64,000 nt of DNA, from assembly GCA_018817505.1 (NCBI GenBank), contig JAHITR010000028.1, positions 13,736 to 77,735 on the forward strand, read 5' to 3'. The notes beneath the pieces are model-generated. The model saw only the letters and a list, made by a program, of their open reading frames with translations, was not told the origin of the DNA and made no database searches. Source of the DNA: Candidatus Bipolaricaulota bacterium. GTDB lineage: Bacteria; Bipolaricaulota; Bipolaricaulia; UBA7950; UBA9294. This document shows, piece by piece, positions 46,000 to 56,042 of the stretch (positions within the stretch are counted from its first letter, which is position 1; every line of letters begins with the position of its first letter). A program made the position numbers and the translations under genes.

Positions 46000-47208
46000 T
46001 CAAGAAATCGAGGCATGGCTTGGCCGCAGCAGGGTTTCCAACATCTGATGCTTGATGCCGTAGGTTTCCTTCAGCGTCTCAATCTGCTTGTACGTTTCCT
46101 CTCTTGAAGCAGGCGGATCCCCACGAATCGCAAGGATCAGCTTGTTCTTGCTTGTATGTTCTAGAGACACGAACTCGAGAATCTGCGTCTTGTAGCCGTG
46201 CGCCTCCAATAGCAGCGCACGAAGCGCGTCAGTCACCATGTCGGCTTCTTGCCCCATGTGCACGCCATACTTGAGGACAGGCAGCAGATTCGCCGGACTC
46301 TTGATCTGCTGACGAACTTCCTTGTGGCAGCAGGGCGAACACATGATGATGCCAGCACCTGAGCGGATGCCCAAATGAATGGCGAGGTCCGTTGCCGTGT
46401 CGCAGGCATGCAGCGCAATCAGCGCATCCATCGTTTCCGGGGCCGAACTGCGGACATCGCCGATACGAAAATGCAATCCACCCATCTGAAGACGAACGGC
46501 AAGATCTGTGCACAGATTCACGAGCTCTTCTCTCAGTTCCACGCCCGTCACCACAGTTTCCTTGTCCAACACGGACTGAAGATAGTCATAAATGGCAAAC
46601 GTCAAGTAGCCCTTGCCTGATCCGAAGTCGACGACGCGAATGGCATCCTTTGTTGTGAGCTCCGAAGAGGCTACGGCGTGATCAAAGATCTCAATGAACT
46701 TGTTGATTTGTTTCCATTTGCGCGCCATCGCAGGCACAATGCGCTCGCTAGGACCGGTCACGCCGAGCGTTCGCAAGAATGGGCGCGATGAATCCACATA
46801 GCGCCGCTTCTGTCGGTCGTGTTCTATCTCCTGAACAGTCGAACGCGACGGATTTCCAGTTCCCAGCTTCGCTTTGCCCTTCTTGCTGAATTCGATCTGA
46901 ACATCCTGCGTTTCGGTGAACAGGTGAGCGGCCTTGAAAGCCACTCCGAGGAGACCACGGATTTTGTCAAGGCCATGACCCTGTGGGCCATTCTTGGTGA
47001 TGTCACGCGTTTCGTAGCGATAGACAAACGACAGATGCGGCTGCCCCTTCAGGATGACCCGGCGAATGACAAGCCGCTTCAGATCGGGCTGTTCGCCGCG
47101 ATACTTGGTCAGCAGTAGCTCAATGAAACTGCCGTCAGTCAATGCGGACGCGACCGTACCGAGAAACGCCTCCGTCTTCTCCTGATCAGTATTCCTTGTC
47201 GTTCCCAT
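46000..47208 (-). CDS. SAM-dependent methyltransferase (METTL25/Methyltransf_32-like)
   Basis: VVDFGSGKGYLTFAIYD glycine-rich SAM loop. Family recall from memory. Confidence 0.6.
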   Translation of the reverse strand: MGTTRNTDQEKTEAFLGTVASALTDGSFIELLLTKYRGEQPDLKRLVIRRVILKGQPHLSFVYRYETRDITKNGPQGHGLDKIRGLLGVAFKAAHLFTETQDVQIEFSKKGKAKLGTGNPSRSTVQEIEHDRQKRRYVDSSRPFLRTLGVTGPSERIVPAMARKWKQINKFIEIFDHAVASSELTTKDAIRVVDFGSGKGYLTFAIYDYLQSVLDKETVVTGVELREELVNLCTDLAVRLQMGGLHFRIGDVRSSAPETMDALIALHACDTATDLAIHLGIRSGAGIIMCSPCCHKEVRQQIKSPANLLPVLKYGVHMGQEADMVTDALRALLLEAHGYKTQILEFVSLEHTSKNKLILAIRGDPPASREETYKQIETLKETYGIKHQMLETLLRPSHASIS

Positions 47209-47259
47209 GGTAGTGCTAGAATACCGCAGGACAGGTTCAATTGCTTTGCTGCCTAGGGG

Positions 47260-48435
47260 CTACAGCCCAGTCAATGGGTACTGACGCCGCATAGCATCCA
47301 TCTCTTCCGGGTTGTTGGCTGTCGGAATGACGATGCTTCCATCGAGAATGCCTGCCTCCAACTCAGCGACGGCATCCCAAATCCAGGCCGGCACGGTTGC
47401 ACGGTTTGCTGACCAATGGGCCAACGTCGTGTAGAAGGCATCGCTGTCAAGGGCTTGCGCTTGGATACCGAAGTCGATGAATTCAAGCAGGTCCTCTACG
47501 TCGCTCATCCCGACGCCACCTTCTGCCAATCCAAGGCTGGTCACGCCTCCCACAAAAGTGCCCCGAGCAACCGCATTAACCGCCTGGATCGTGGCCACGT
47601 CAATACGCTTCATCCCGCTAGCCAACCCGTGGAAACCGCCGCCAAGGTAGTCCTGGTTCGCATCAACACCAAAGAAATAGGGTGGTCCGTAGCTCGTGTC
47701 AGCCAGCTCGTGATATTCGGCAATGGCCTGCAAATCGCCCAATCCCAACGCGCCCGCCACGTTGAAGATCGAAGCGGCCCCTTGGGCAAGCATCGCTTCA
47801 GATGCCGCTTTGCCAACGGCAATGTCCTGGAATGTGCCCGCATAGGTATAGAGCATGCCGACACTCACCGGATTTCCCGTGACTTGTGTATAGCGCGCGA
47901 GCCCCCAGTCCATGCCGAATCGATAGCCTGCCTCAAAGTGATAGAGAACGGGAATCTCAATGCCCAGAACCATTCCCGCGTAGGCATAGCCGTGATACCC
48001 AGCGGTCAATGCTGCCAGAGCACCGACAAGGGCTGACATTTCGTTTTCACGGAATGTAATCGACATCACATTGGCTAGGTTTGAGACGAAGCCACCCACG
48101 GTCACGAATCGTTGCGTCGGATACTCGCCAGCCGCTTGCGCAACGGCATCGGCGAACAAGGAGCCGAAGCTGAGGATGACATCGAACTGTTGGGTTCGTG
48201 CCAGATCGCGAAGCGTGGGAAGATAATCGGCCGTCGAAACGCTCTGAGCGGTGGTCAACGACAATCCCAGCTGTTCCGCAGCCTCTGAAGCGCCTTTGAA
48301 GCCCATGTCATTGAAGGAAAGGTCTCCGCGTCCCCCGCCAAGCACAATCGCCATCTTGCCCGTTGAGGCACAGCCCATGGCTGCGATCATCACGACGAGA
48401 AGGATTAACAGACTCAGACTACTCAATGTACGCAT
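47260..48435 (-). CDS. BMP-family (PnrA/Med-like) ABC-transporter substrate-binding lipoprotein
   Basis: GAAGGAG RBS, then MRTLSSLSLLILLVVMIAAMGCAS (lipobox). IVLGGGRGDLSFNDMG and FGSLFADAV blocks typical of basic membrane lipoproteins. Confidence 0.82.
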   Translation of the reverse strand: MRTLSSLSLLILLVVMIAAMGCASTGKMAIVLGGGRGDLSFNDMGFKGASEAAEQLGLSLTTAQSVSTADYLPTLRDLARTQQFDVILSFGSLFADAVAQAAGEYPTQRFVTVGGFVSNLANVMSITFRENEMSALVGALAALTAGYHGYAYAGMVLGIEIPVLYHFEAGYRFGMDWGLARYTQVTGNPVSVGMLYTYAGTFQDIAVGKAASEAMLAQGAASIFNVAGALGLGDLQAIAEYHELADTSYGPPYFFGVDANQDYLGGGFHGLASGMKRIDVATIQAVNAVARGTFVGGVTSLGLAEGGVGMSDVEDLLEFIDFGIQAQALDSDAFYTTLAHWSANRATVPAWIWDAVAELEAGILDGSIVIPTANNPEEMDAMRRQYPLTGL

Positions 48436-48479
48436 GAAACGACTCCTTCGCTTTTCACCCTGGGTTGACTTCATCAATT

Positions 48480-48507
48480 TTCGACAATCAGTTGCCAAAG
48501 ATTGTCA
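48480..48507. promoter_or_regulatory. imperfect inverted repeat TCGACAAT-n12-ATTGTCAA upstream of the BMP lipoprotein gene (candidate operator)
   Basis: The half-sites match 7 of 8 as reverse complements. The repeat lies about 45-70 nt upstream of the start codon on the minus strand. Confidence 0.25.
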
Positions 48508-48659
48508 ACTATAGAGGACGGGCGATGCAAAGTCCCCCCGCTACGCGCTGCGTCCACCAGGCGAATCCTCTCATCGTGACATCAACGGGGATAGGAGCCT
48601 TCTTCTTGCAGGTTCACTCCTGCCGCACAAGTCCAACCACAGCTGTGAGCCTGGGCTGG

Positions 48660-49640
48660 CTAAGGCGTGTCGTGCTCGTCCATCAGACGTTCAAGTTTCT
48701 TCAGTCGATGCGTGGACTGCATTCTGCGGACCGTGCCCGTCAGTCCGCGAATGACAATGCTCTCCGTGACCGCACCGCCACCGAAGTATTCGACGCCTTT
48801 GAGTAGCTCGCCATCGGTTACGCCCGTGGCTGCGAATAGCACGTGGTCTGATGCCACCAAATCGTCCACATAGAGAGGATCTCCCAAACTGAAACCGTCC
48901 CAGTTGATGATATCGTGTGGAAAAGTCACAAGCTGCGCCTGGAAATCGCCCCCCAATGCGCGCACTGCGCAGGCAGCGAGCAACCCTTCCGGGCTTCCGC
49001 CGATGCCCAACATGAGGTCGATGCCTGTGTGTTCCCAACACGTCATCAAGGCAGCGGCGACATCACATTCCTTGATCATGCGAATCCGTGCGCCGCAGGC
49101 TCGAACGTCGTCGATCAGGGTCTCATTGCGAGGGCGATCCATGATGACGACCGTCAAATCGGCGACGTCGCACGACTCCGCTTTGGCCAACACACGAAGG
49201 TTATGGGCCACAGGCCGGGTGATATCGACCAATCCTCGTGCCTTGGGGCCAACAGCCATCTTGTTCATGTACATGGCGCGCCCCGGATCGAGCATGGTTC
49301 CGCGGGGGGAGGCAGCGATCACTGAAATCGAATTCAGAGTCCCTGCCGCCAAGGAACGTGTGCCATCGATTGGATCGACAGCGAAGTCAAGCAGCGGAGG
49401 GACACCCGTTCCGACAGATTCTCCGCAATAGAGCATGGGCGCATTGTCCTTCTCCCCTTCACCAATGACGATCCGTCCGTCGACCTGAACGGACTGAAGC
49501 GCAGTGCGCATGGCATCCACGGCCACTTGATCAACCACGTGGCTGTCACCGCGCCCCATGAAACGTGCAGCCGCAAGCGCAGCGAATTCTGTGACGCGCA
49601 CCAGTTCGAGTGCCAGATTGCGAGAGTGCTGAGGAAGCAT
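48660..49640 (-). CDS. glpX: class II fructose-1,6-bisphosphatase (GlpX-type)
   Basis: GGAGGA RBS before MLPQHSRNLALELVRVTE. VDAMRTA, RIVIGEGEKDNAPMLY and AVDPIDGT motifs. Confidence 0.85.
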   Translation of the reverse strand: MLPQHSRNLALELVRVTEFAALAAARFMGRGDSHVVDQVAVDAMRTALQSVQVDGRIVIGEGEKDNAPMLYCGESVGTGVPPLLDFAVDPIDGTRSLAAGTLNSISVIAASPRGTMLDPGRAMYMNKMAVGPKARGLVDITRPVAHNLRVLAKAESCDVADLTVVIMDRPRNETLIDDVRACGARIRMIKECDVAAALMTCWEHTGIDLMLGIGGSPEGLLAACAVRALGGDFQAQLVTFPHDIINWDGFSLGDPLYVDDLVASDHVLFAATGVTDGELLKGVEYFGGGAVTESIVIRGLTGTVRRMQSTHRLKKLERLMDEHDTP

Positions 49641-49813
49641 GGAATCCTCCGGAAGCTGAAAGTGCGGCGATTGTACACGTCTCGCGGCCATTTGGCAGGT
49701 CCCACATGCAGAAGAGCAACATGTCTGGCATCGACCCGAATTGCGTGTCTCGCAGAACCCGGAAGAGCCGTATGGCTCTTCCGGGTATGCAGCATTCGAT
49801 CGTGTCCTTGTTC

Positions 49814-51325
49814 CTAGGACAGCCCGTAAATCTTCGAGAACTTCTCTTCTACGTAGCGCACGAAGTGTGAAGCATCCAAAGGAGCCCCGGTGATTCGCGT
49901 CATGAGTTCATCAGGTTGATAAACACCGCCGGAACGATGGACGTGGGTTCGAACCCACTCAGTCAATGCGTGAATGTCACCTACAGCGATCCGCTCATCG
50001 AGATCTGGCAGATCTTGTCGAATCTTTGTCGCCATCTGAGCTGCGTAAAGGTTTCCCAGCATGTAGGAAGGAAAATAGCCAAAGTAGCCGATGGACCAAT
50101 GAACATCCTGCAGGACACCTCGCGCATCATCGGGCGGCGTGATGCCAAGGTAACGCTCCATGGCTTCGTTCCAATGCCTCGGCAGATCAGCCACTTGGAT
50201 TTCGCCAGCAATCAGCGAGGCTTCGAGCTCGGCTCGAAGCATGATATGCAGGTTGTAGGTCACTTCGTCCGCTTCCACACGAATCAGAGAGGGGGCCACG
50301 AGGTTGACTGCGCGGTACAACACATCAGGCGAGATCTGCTGGAATTGAGGGAAAACACCGGCGAGAATGGGCTGAAAGTGCTTCCAGAAGGGCAAATCGC
50401 GCCCAAGCAGGTTTTCGATCATTCGCGATTGAGACTCATGGATGCCATTGGATGAGCCTCCGCTCAGGCGCAGTGCGTACAAGTTCTCAGGCATCCCTTG
50501 GTTGTAGAGCGCGTGTCCGCCCTCGTGTAGCGCGCCAAACAATCCAGATGTCAGCAAGTTTTCAAGATAGCGATTGGTCACGCGAACGTCGTCAAAGGCA
50601 ATGGCTGTGGTGAATGGATGCGCCACATCATCCAGAGAACCCGCAGCGAAGTCATAGCCAATAAGGTCCAGTGCGATGCGTGCCATGTGCCGCTGTTTAT
50701 CTACATCGAAGAAGCCCTCGACAACAGACGTATCCGGTGGCGTACCTTCAGTGGCCAGCCGTTTCATGAATGGCACGAGCTGCTGGCGCAATGGATCGAT
50801 GATCATCTGCAATTGCTTGACCGTCATTCCCGGCTCGAATCCTTCGAGCAATGCATCGTAGGGATGCTCCTCGTAGCCGTAGTAGTCGGCAAAGCGACGC
50901 GCATAGTCGACCATCTTCGTCAGCAGTGGCTGGAACACGGAAAAGTCCGACTGCTTGCGCGCCTCCACCCAAGCTGCCTGGGATTGAGATTGGACAATCG
51001 CATGTTCTTCGATGAGCGCTGGTGGAATCGCCTTCTGGCGATGATATTCCTTGGCCATATCGCGCACACTGGCACGCTCTTCAAGGGTCAGGGAACCATC
51101 CGCTGCCAATGCATCCAAGTACTCGCCGAGTACGGGCGCGACGCTCAGCTCAAACAGCTTCTTCGTGAAGCGCCCTGTAACCTGAGATCGAGCGCCAATG
51201 CCGCGCGATGGCATGTACGTCTCTTGATCCCAAGAGAGAAGCGCCAGAGCAGAGGAGAGAAGATTCATCTCCTTCAGGTGTTCCTTGTAAGAAGTAAGCG
51301 TGTCCACGTTGTTCCCTTCAAGCAT
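49814..51325 (-). CDS. M32 family carboxypeptidase (Taq-type metallocarboxypeptidase)
   Basis: HEGGHALY zinc motif, with HPF, DVR and GYF-type blocks; 503 aa. Confidence 0.88.
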   Translation of the reverse strand: MLEGNNVDTLTSYKEHLKEMNLLSSALALLSWDQETYMPSRGIGARSQVTGRFTKKLFELSVAPVLGEYLDALAADGSLTLEERASVRDMAKEYHRQKAIPPALIEEHAIVQSQSQAAWVEARKQSDFSVFQPLLTKMVDYARRFADYYGYEEHPYDALLEGFEPGMTVKQLQMIIDPLRQQLVPFMKRLATEGTPPDTSVVEGFFDVDKQRHMARIALDLIGYDFAAGSLDDVAHPFTTAIAFDDVRVTNRYLENLLTSGLFGALHEGGHALYNQGMPENLYALRLSGGSSNGIHESQSRMIENLLGRDLPFWKHFQPILAGVFPQFQQISPDVLYRAVNLVAPSLIRVEADEVTYNLHIMLRAELEASLIAGEIQVADLPRHWNEAMERYLGITPPDDARGVLQDVHWSIGYFGYFPSYMLGNLYAAQMATKIRQDLPDLDERIAVGDIHALTEWVRTHVHRSGGVYQPDELMTRITGAPLDASHFVRYVEEKFSKIYGLS

Positions 51326-51431
51326 CTCCGACCGAGCGGAGCGAGATGGTTTTCAGTATACCCGACGGACTATCCGGAAAGAGCGCTATTCGTAGTGTGC
51401 TCCCCCATCTCCCGTGCGCCTTGATCCCAGA

Positions 51432-52223
51432 CTAGAAGGCAGACGAGTCCGCAAACGCCGCCATCAGCGGCGTGTGATCCGATGGCTTGTCAGCCGTCCT
51501 CGGCTCAAGATCAATCCAACTGTTGATTGATCGGTCGGCAAGTGGTTTGGTCGCTTGGATATGATCGATCCGCCAACCCACCCCGTTGGCGATGGCGTTG
51601 CGAGCACGATAATCATAGTAAGTGTAGTGCCCACCTTCAGGCACATGTTTGCGGAACACGTCGACAAATCCCCAATCCGTCACCTTGTGGAACGCATCGG
51701 TCACTTGAGGATTGAAGCAAACGTGACCGAGCAGCCGCTTGGGGTCGTGAATGTCGATGTCTGTCGGCGCCACATTGATATCGCCCACCCAGACAATCGG
51801 CTGATCGCGAGTGAACTGCGTCTCGAACAACGCGCGAAGCCGGTCGAACCACGCCAGCTTGTATTGATACATCTCGTGCTCGACATCGCGGCCCTGCGGC
51901 ACGTAGGTATTCACAACCGTGATACCGGCGATTTCGGCAATCAGTAGGCGTGCTTCGTCAGCAGGGCCTCCATCATCGAATCCATTGATCACAGACGAAG
52001 GCTCACTTTTCGATAGGATGGCGACGCCGTTGTAGGACTTTTGTCCCTTGAACGTCACGTGATAGCCCGCCTCCTGGAAAGGCGCGGCCGGATACTCCTC
52101 GTCTTGAACCTTGGTCTCCTGCAAGCAGACGATGTCCGGCGATGTCTTTTCCAGCCACGGCAGCAGAATAGGCATGCGCGAGCGGACGGAGTTCACGTTG
52201 AACGTAGCGATCAACAATGGCAT
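51432..52223 (-). CDS. xth: exodeoxyribonuclease III
   Basis: IATFNVNS N-terminus, CLQETK, and the C-terminal SDHTPL of the EEP nuclease family. Confidence 0.9.
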   Translation of the reverse strand: MPLLIATFNVNSVRSRMPILLPWLEKTSPDIVCLQETKVQDEEYPAAPFQEAGYHVTFKGQKSYNGVAILSKSEPSSVINGFDDGGPADEARLLIAEIAGITVVNTYVPQGRDVEHEMYQYKLAWFDRLRALFETQFTRDQPIVWVGDINVAPTDIDIHDPKRLLGHVCFNPQVTDAFHKVTDWGFVDVFRKHVPEGGHYTYYDYRARNAIANGVGWRIDHIQATKPLADRSINSWIDLEPRTADKPSDHTPLMAAFADSSAF

Positions 52224-52236
52224 GGGGCCTCCCGGT

Positions 52237-53061
52237 TCACGCGGGAATGATGCCGCTCAATGTCGTCACTTCAATCCCCTCGCCGCGCAATCGATCGATA
52301 TAGGGGTTGATTCCGATCGAGTCAGACACAACGTGTCCTGTGACGATCAAATTGACGTTGTCGCCAAAGTCAGCGATCAGTTTCTTGGAGTCTGCGGGAC
52401 GGCAGTGAATGTAAATGACCGTGTTGATACCGTGATCAAAGTAGGCCTTGGCGACAGGATACCCGCCATTGGTCCCCGCGCCGTGTGACATGACCACCCT
52501 GCCGATCGGGCGATCTAATTGCCCCACTCGTAGTTCAATCTGAGTGTCTGCGTGGCGGAACTCACCAAAGGAGGACTGGAAGTGAGCGATCAATTCTGCA
52601 ACGGTGTTGGTGGGCGCCAATTCATCTGCAGCATCCTGCAATCTTCGGCGTCCGATTTCATCAAGCGGCGTGTGGATGTTCATATAAGGCATGTCGAGCA
52701 GACGGGCCACGGATGGATCATGATCGTAGTTGGACATCGACGCCATCACTCGATGCTCTTCAGCCAGGTCATCGATGATGGTTTGGACGGCCTTCAAGGG
52801 AACGCCCGCTGCGGTGAGTTGATCCAGATGCCGGTACAGCACTTTGTGAAACTGCAGACGCGCCTGCCCTCCGGTCGGGTGATGACTCATGGCCACGTCA
52901 AAACCCAAGTCAGCAGCCATCTTGACTTCTGGCGCCTTGACGTCAATGCCGAACATCACTTTGTGCAGGTTTTGGCCAGGATGGTAGATCGCACTATCGC
53001 CAGGGATCTCTGTCAATCCTGCCATTTCCAGGGCCAGCGACATCAGTTGATCGGTATTCAT
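52237..53061 (-). CDS. Nif3-like dinuclear-metal-centre protein
   Basis: DVAMSHHPTGG and TGHVVSDS resemble Nif3 His-cluster motifs. Assignment is moderate. Confidence 0.5.
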   Translation of the reverse strand: MNTDQLMSLALEMAGLTEIPGDSAIYHPGQNLHKVMFGIDVKAPEVKMAADLGFDVAMSHHPTGGQARLQFHKVLYRHLDQLTAAGVPLKAVQTIIDDLAEEHRVMASMSNYDHDPSVARLLDMPYMNIHTPLDEIGRRRLQDAADELAPTNTVAELIAHFQSSFGEFRHADTQIELRVGQLDRPIGRVVMSHGAGTNGGYPVAKAYFDHGINTVIYIHCRPADSKKLIADFGDNVNLIVTGHVVSDSIGINPYIDRLRGEGIEVTTLSGIIPA

Positions 53062-54857
53062 GGTGTAGGGGCTTCTCCTTTGGCGGCGTTCGAGCGACTG
53101 GGGCCATCACTGTTGCCGTTAAGCGGTGCTACGGCGAAATCGCGCAATGTGGACCCACCAATGAATTCGCGCAAGATCGAATTGGACGGGATGTTGTCGG
53201 TTTCTAGCGGTTCAAACCATCGCAGCAAGGACAGCAATCGATCTGCCTCCACGCGCATAATGGGATCCTGAATCTGCCGTAAATGCGATTCGACGAACGG
53301 CTTGAGCACGCTCAGTTCATAGCTCAAGGCGGAATTGAACATCATGTCAGCTTCTTCTTGATACGGGAAGATGTAATTCTTTTCTCCGCGTCTGACGTTG
53401 TCCCAAAGCCTCAGCGTGTCCTCTGCTGGATATCCGCGGAATACGGCATCTCGCACAATGCGACGGATGAGGCGCGTATCCGTTGTGGATACGCGATTGT
53501 GGGCATCCAGATTCAGCTGAGTCAACGCGGATACGAAGATCCGCACGCTGGCGTCAGTCGGCGAGCCATCCAGAATCTCGGGATTGAGCCCGTGAATACC
53601 CTCAACCAGCAGGATCTGATCTGGAGCAAGCTGAATCGTCGGCCCCGGTTCTCGCTCCCCTGTAAGGAAATTGAAATGGGGCAGCGTCACCGACTCTCCA
53701 CGTCCCAGCCGATGAAGATGCTCTTGGAGGAGCGGAATGTCCATGGCGCTTGGTGCGTCTAGGTCGATGTTGCTTCCGTATCTCTCCGCCATCACGGTTC
53801 GCGGATTGAAGTATTCGTCCATACCCAGCGGATAGGGCTGCAATCCAGAAGCTAACAACTGGATGGACAGCCGTTTCGAGAACGTGGTTTTGCCCGAGGA
53901 GGAAGGTCCGGCAACAAAGACCAAGCGCGCGCCTTCAGCATGCCGTCGCTTGAGCACGGCCGCAATCTCGGCGATACGCTTCTCATGTAGCGCCTCAGAG
54001 ATGAGGATAATCTGGTTGATACGCTCCGATCGAATGGCCTGATTGAGGGATCCGACATCGCGAACGCCGATGACCTTGAGCCACTGCCCATATTCGTCGA
54101 ACACTTTGCGCAATGCCTTGAACTTCACGTTGGGAACAAGCCGGGTCGGATCCTCACGCCGAGGGAACCGCAGCACAAAGCCGCCTTCACAAGGCTCAAT
54201 TCCGAATGTCTTGAGCACGCATGTGGATGCAACCATATAGCCGTAGAAATAATCCGTCATGCCATTCAGCTCGTACAAGTGATAGTGATCCTCGTTGAGC
54301 CAACTGACGAGTTGTTCTTTGTCCATATCGCCCTGCGCACGAAATGCTGCTTGTGCTTCCTGAAGCGTGACCCGCTTGCGTCGAATGGGAAGGTCAGCAG
54401 CCACCAATTCCTTCATCCGCCGCTTAATCTGCTTCAATTCCTCATTGCTGAACGGATCACGCGCCTTGAGGTGGCAGACATACCCCCCATAGGGGACCGA
54501 GTAGTCGATGTAGACGCGGACTTGCGGAAACAGCTCGCGTACCACAATGACCAAGAGGAAGGATAGACTCCGAGCGTAAATGCGCGCCCCATCAGAATCC
54601 TTCAAGAAGACGGGGGTCACCGCAGTGTCCCAATTCAAAGGACGTGACGATTCCACCAACACGCTGTTTATCACTGCCGCTACCGGCTGATTATCGGAGT
54701 CATAGGCAAGTCGAAACACGTCAACCAGCGGCGTGCCACGTTCGAATTCAAACACACGCTCATCAGGAAGCTGAACCTGAACCGTAGGACGCAACGTTGT
54801 CTGGTGAACCTTGAATTTGTGCTGAGGGTGTAGCGCGTTGTTGTTGGACACGATCAT
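53058..54857 (-). CDS. uridine kinase / phosphoribulokinase-family P-loop kinase with an N-terminal TGS-like domain
   Basis: P-loop FVAGPSSSGKTTFSKRL preceded by about 250 aa whose beginning (VQVQLPDERVFEFERGTPLVDVF) resembles a ThrRS-type TGS domain. Start ATG at 54855-54857 after GGAG. Confidence 0.7.
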   Translation of the reverse strand: MIVSNNNALHPQHKFKVHQTTLRPTVQVQLPDERVFEFERGTPLVDVFRLAYDSDNQPVAAVINSVLVESSRPLNWDTAVTPVFLKDSDGARIYARSLSFLLVIVVRELFPQVRVYIDYSVPYGGYVCHLKARDPFSNEELKQIKRRMKELVAADLPIRRKRVTLQEAQAAFRAQGDMDKEQLVSWLNEDHYHLYELNGMTDYFYGYMVASTCVLKTFGIEPCEGGFVLRFPRREDPTRLVPNVKFKALRKVFDEYGQWLKVIGVRDVGSLNQAIRSERINQIILISEALHEKRIAEIAAVLKRRHAEGARLVFVAGPSSSGKTTFSKRLSIQLLASGLQPYPLGMDEYFNPRTVMAERYGSNIDLDAPSAMDIPLLQEHLHRLGRGESVTLPHFNFLTGEREPGPTIQLAPDQILLVEGIHGLNPEILDGSPTDASVRIFVSALTQLNLDAHNRVSTTDTRLIRRIVRDAVFRGYPAEDTLRLWDNVRRGEKNYIFPYQEEADMMFNSALSYELSVLKPFVESHLRQIQDPIMRVEADRLLSLLRWFEPLETDNIPSNSILREFIGGSTLRDFAVAPLNGNSDGPSRSNAAKGEAPTP

Positions 54858-54867
54858 GACTCCATTT

Positions 54868-55989
54868 CTATCTCTGCATTCGTTTGAGCACATGCGCCTT
54901 CAGATGGTTGAGAGTGCCATCCAAGTCGCTTAATACGTGATCGGGAGAGAGGGTCAACTCATTCGAACCACGCAATCGAGAGGCGGCCACATCATACACG
55001 GCCGCCTCAGTCATCCATTCGGCGGGAATCTCATCGGCGAGTGTTCGATCCAGCATCGTCGCCCAAGCCAGTGTCCAGGCACGCACAACATTGGCCACGT
55101 CATAGCCCCCGCCACCAATTGCAATCCATGGAAGGCCCAGAGATCTGAACTGTTGCAGACATCTCTCGAACCCACGCAAGGACAGGCGTAAGTTGGCGAC
55201 AATGTCACCGATCACTGCATCTGATCCCAATTGAGTGACCAACACATCCGGTTGAAAGGCTTGAAGCAGAGGCAGAATGATTTCCGAAAACGCTCGTTCG
55301 TAGGCATCGTCGCCAGCGCCGGGAGCAAGGGGAATATTGGCAGAAAAACCCAGGCCTTCGCCCTCCCCGACGTCACTGGCAAAACCCGTGCCAGGGAAGA
55401 TGGTACGCCCCGTTTGATGGATCGAAATGGTGAGTACATCCGAGCGTTTGTAGAAGGCATGTTCAACGCCATCGCCGTGATGGGCGTCAAGATCCACGTA
55501 CGCCACTCGCTTGCCTGCTTTCGTCAGAGCTTGAATCGCCAGAACTCCGTCATTGATGTGACAGAAGCCCGAGGCGTAGGAGGGCATCGCATGATGGAGT
55601 CCGCCTGCCGGATTGAATGCCCGCTCCGCGTTCCCAGATAGGATCTCTTCCGCGCAAAGAATCGATGAACCTGCCACAGACATGGCCCAGTCATAGACAC
55701 CGGGGAATACGGGATTGTCAGAACTTCCTAGCCCATGGGTGAACAGGTTGGGAGTCCACGTTCCGTCACTCGAGAGGCGCAAACACTCCAGATACCCCTG
55801 AGCATGGAAAGTCATGGCCTCAGGATCTGTGGCCATGCGCGGCGACAACACGCGAATGTCAGCGCCATCGACCATGTGATAGGCTTCCATCAAACTGTAT
55901 GCGAGTCCAAGTCGGTAGATCTTGAACGGATGGTATGCCCCAAAGTCATACTGCAACAATGTTCTCGGATCAATCAGACTGTGGTTCAC
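54868..55989 (-). CDS. histone deacetylase superfamily protein (AcuC/acetoin-utilisation type)
   Basis: N-terminal DFGAYHPF; catalytic FCHINDG... and DLDAHHGDGVE zinc-binding motifs. Confidence 0.85.
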   Translation of the reverse strand: MNHSLIDPRTLLQYDFGAYHPFKIYRLGLAYSLMEAYHMVDGADIRVLSPRMATDPEAMTFHAQGYLECLRLSSDGTWTPNLFTHGLGSSDNPVFPGVYDWAMSVAGSSILCAEEILSGNAERAFNPAGGLHHAMPSYASGFCHINDGVLAIQALTKAGKRVAYVDLDAHHGDGVEHAFYKRSDVLTISIHQTGRTIFPGTGFASDVGEGEGLGFSANIPLAPGAGDDAYERAFSEIILPLLQAFQPDVLVTQLGSDAVIGDIVANLRLSLRGFERCLQQFRSLGLPWIAIGGGGYDVANVVRAWTLAWATMLDRTLADEIPAEWMTEAAVYDVAASRLRGSNELTLSPDHVLSDLDGTLNHLKAHVLKRMQR

Positions 55990-56042
55990 AACACCTCACT
56001 TGGACCGTTTCCGGTCCCTTTGAGCCTTATTTCGCTGCAATC

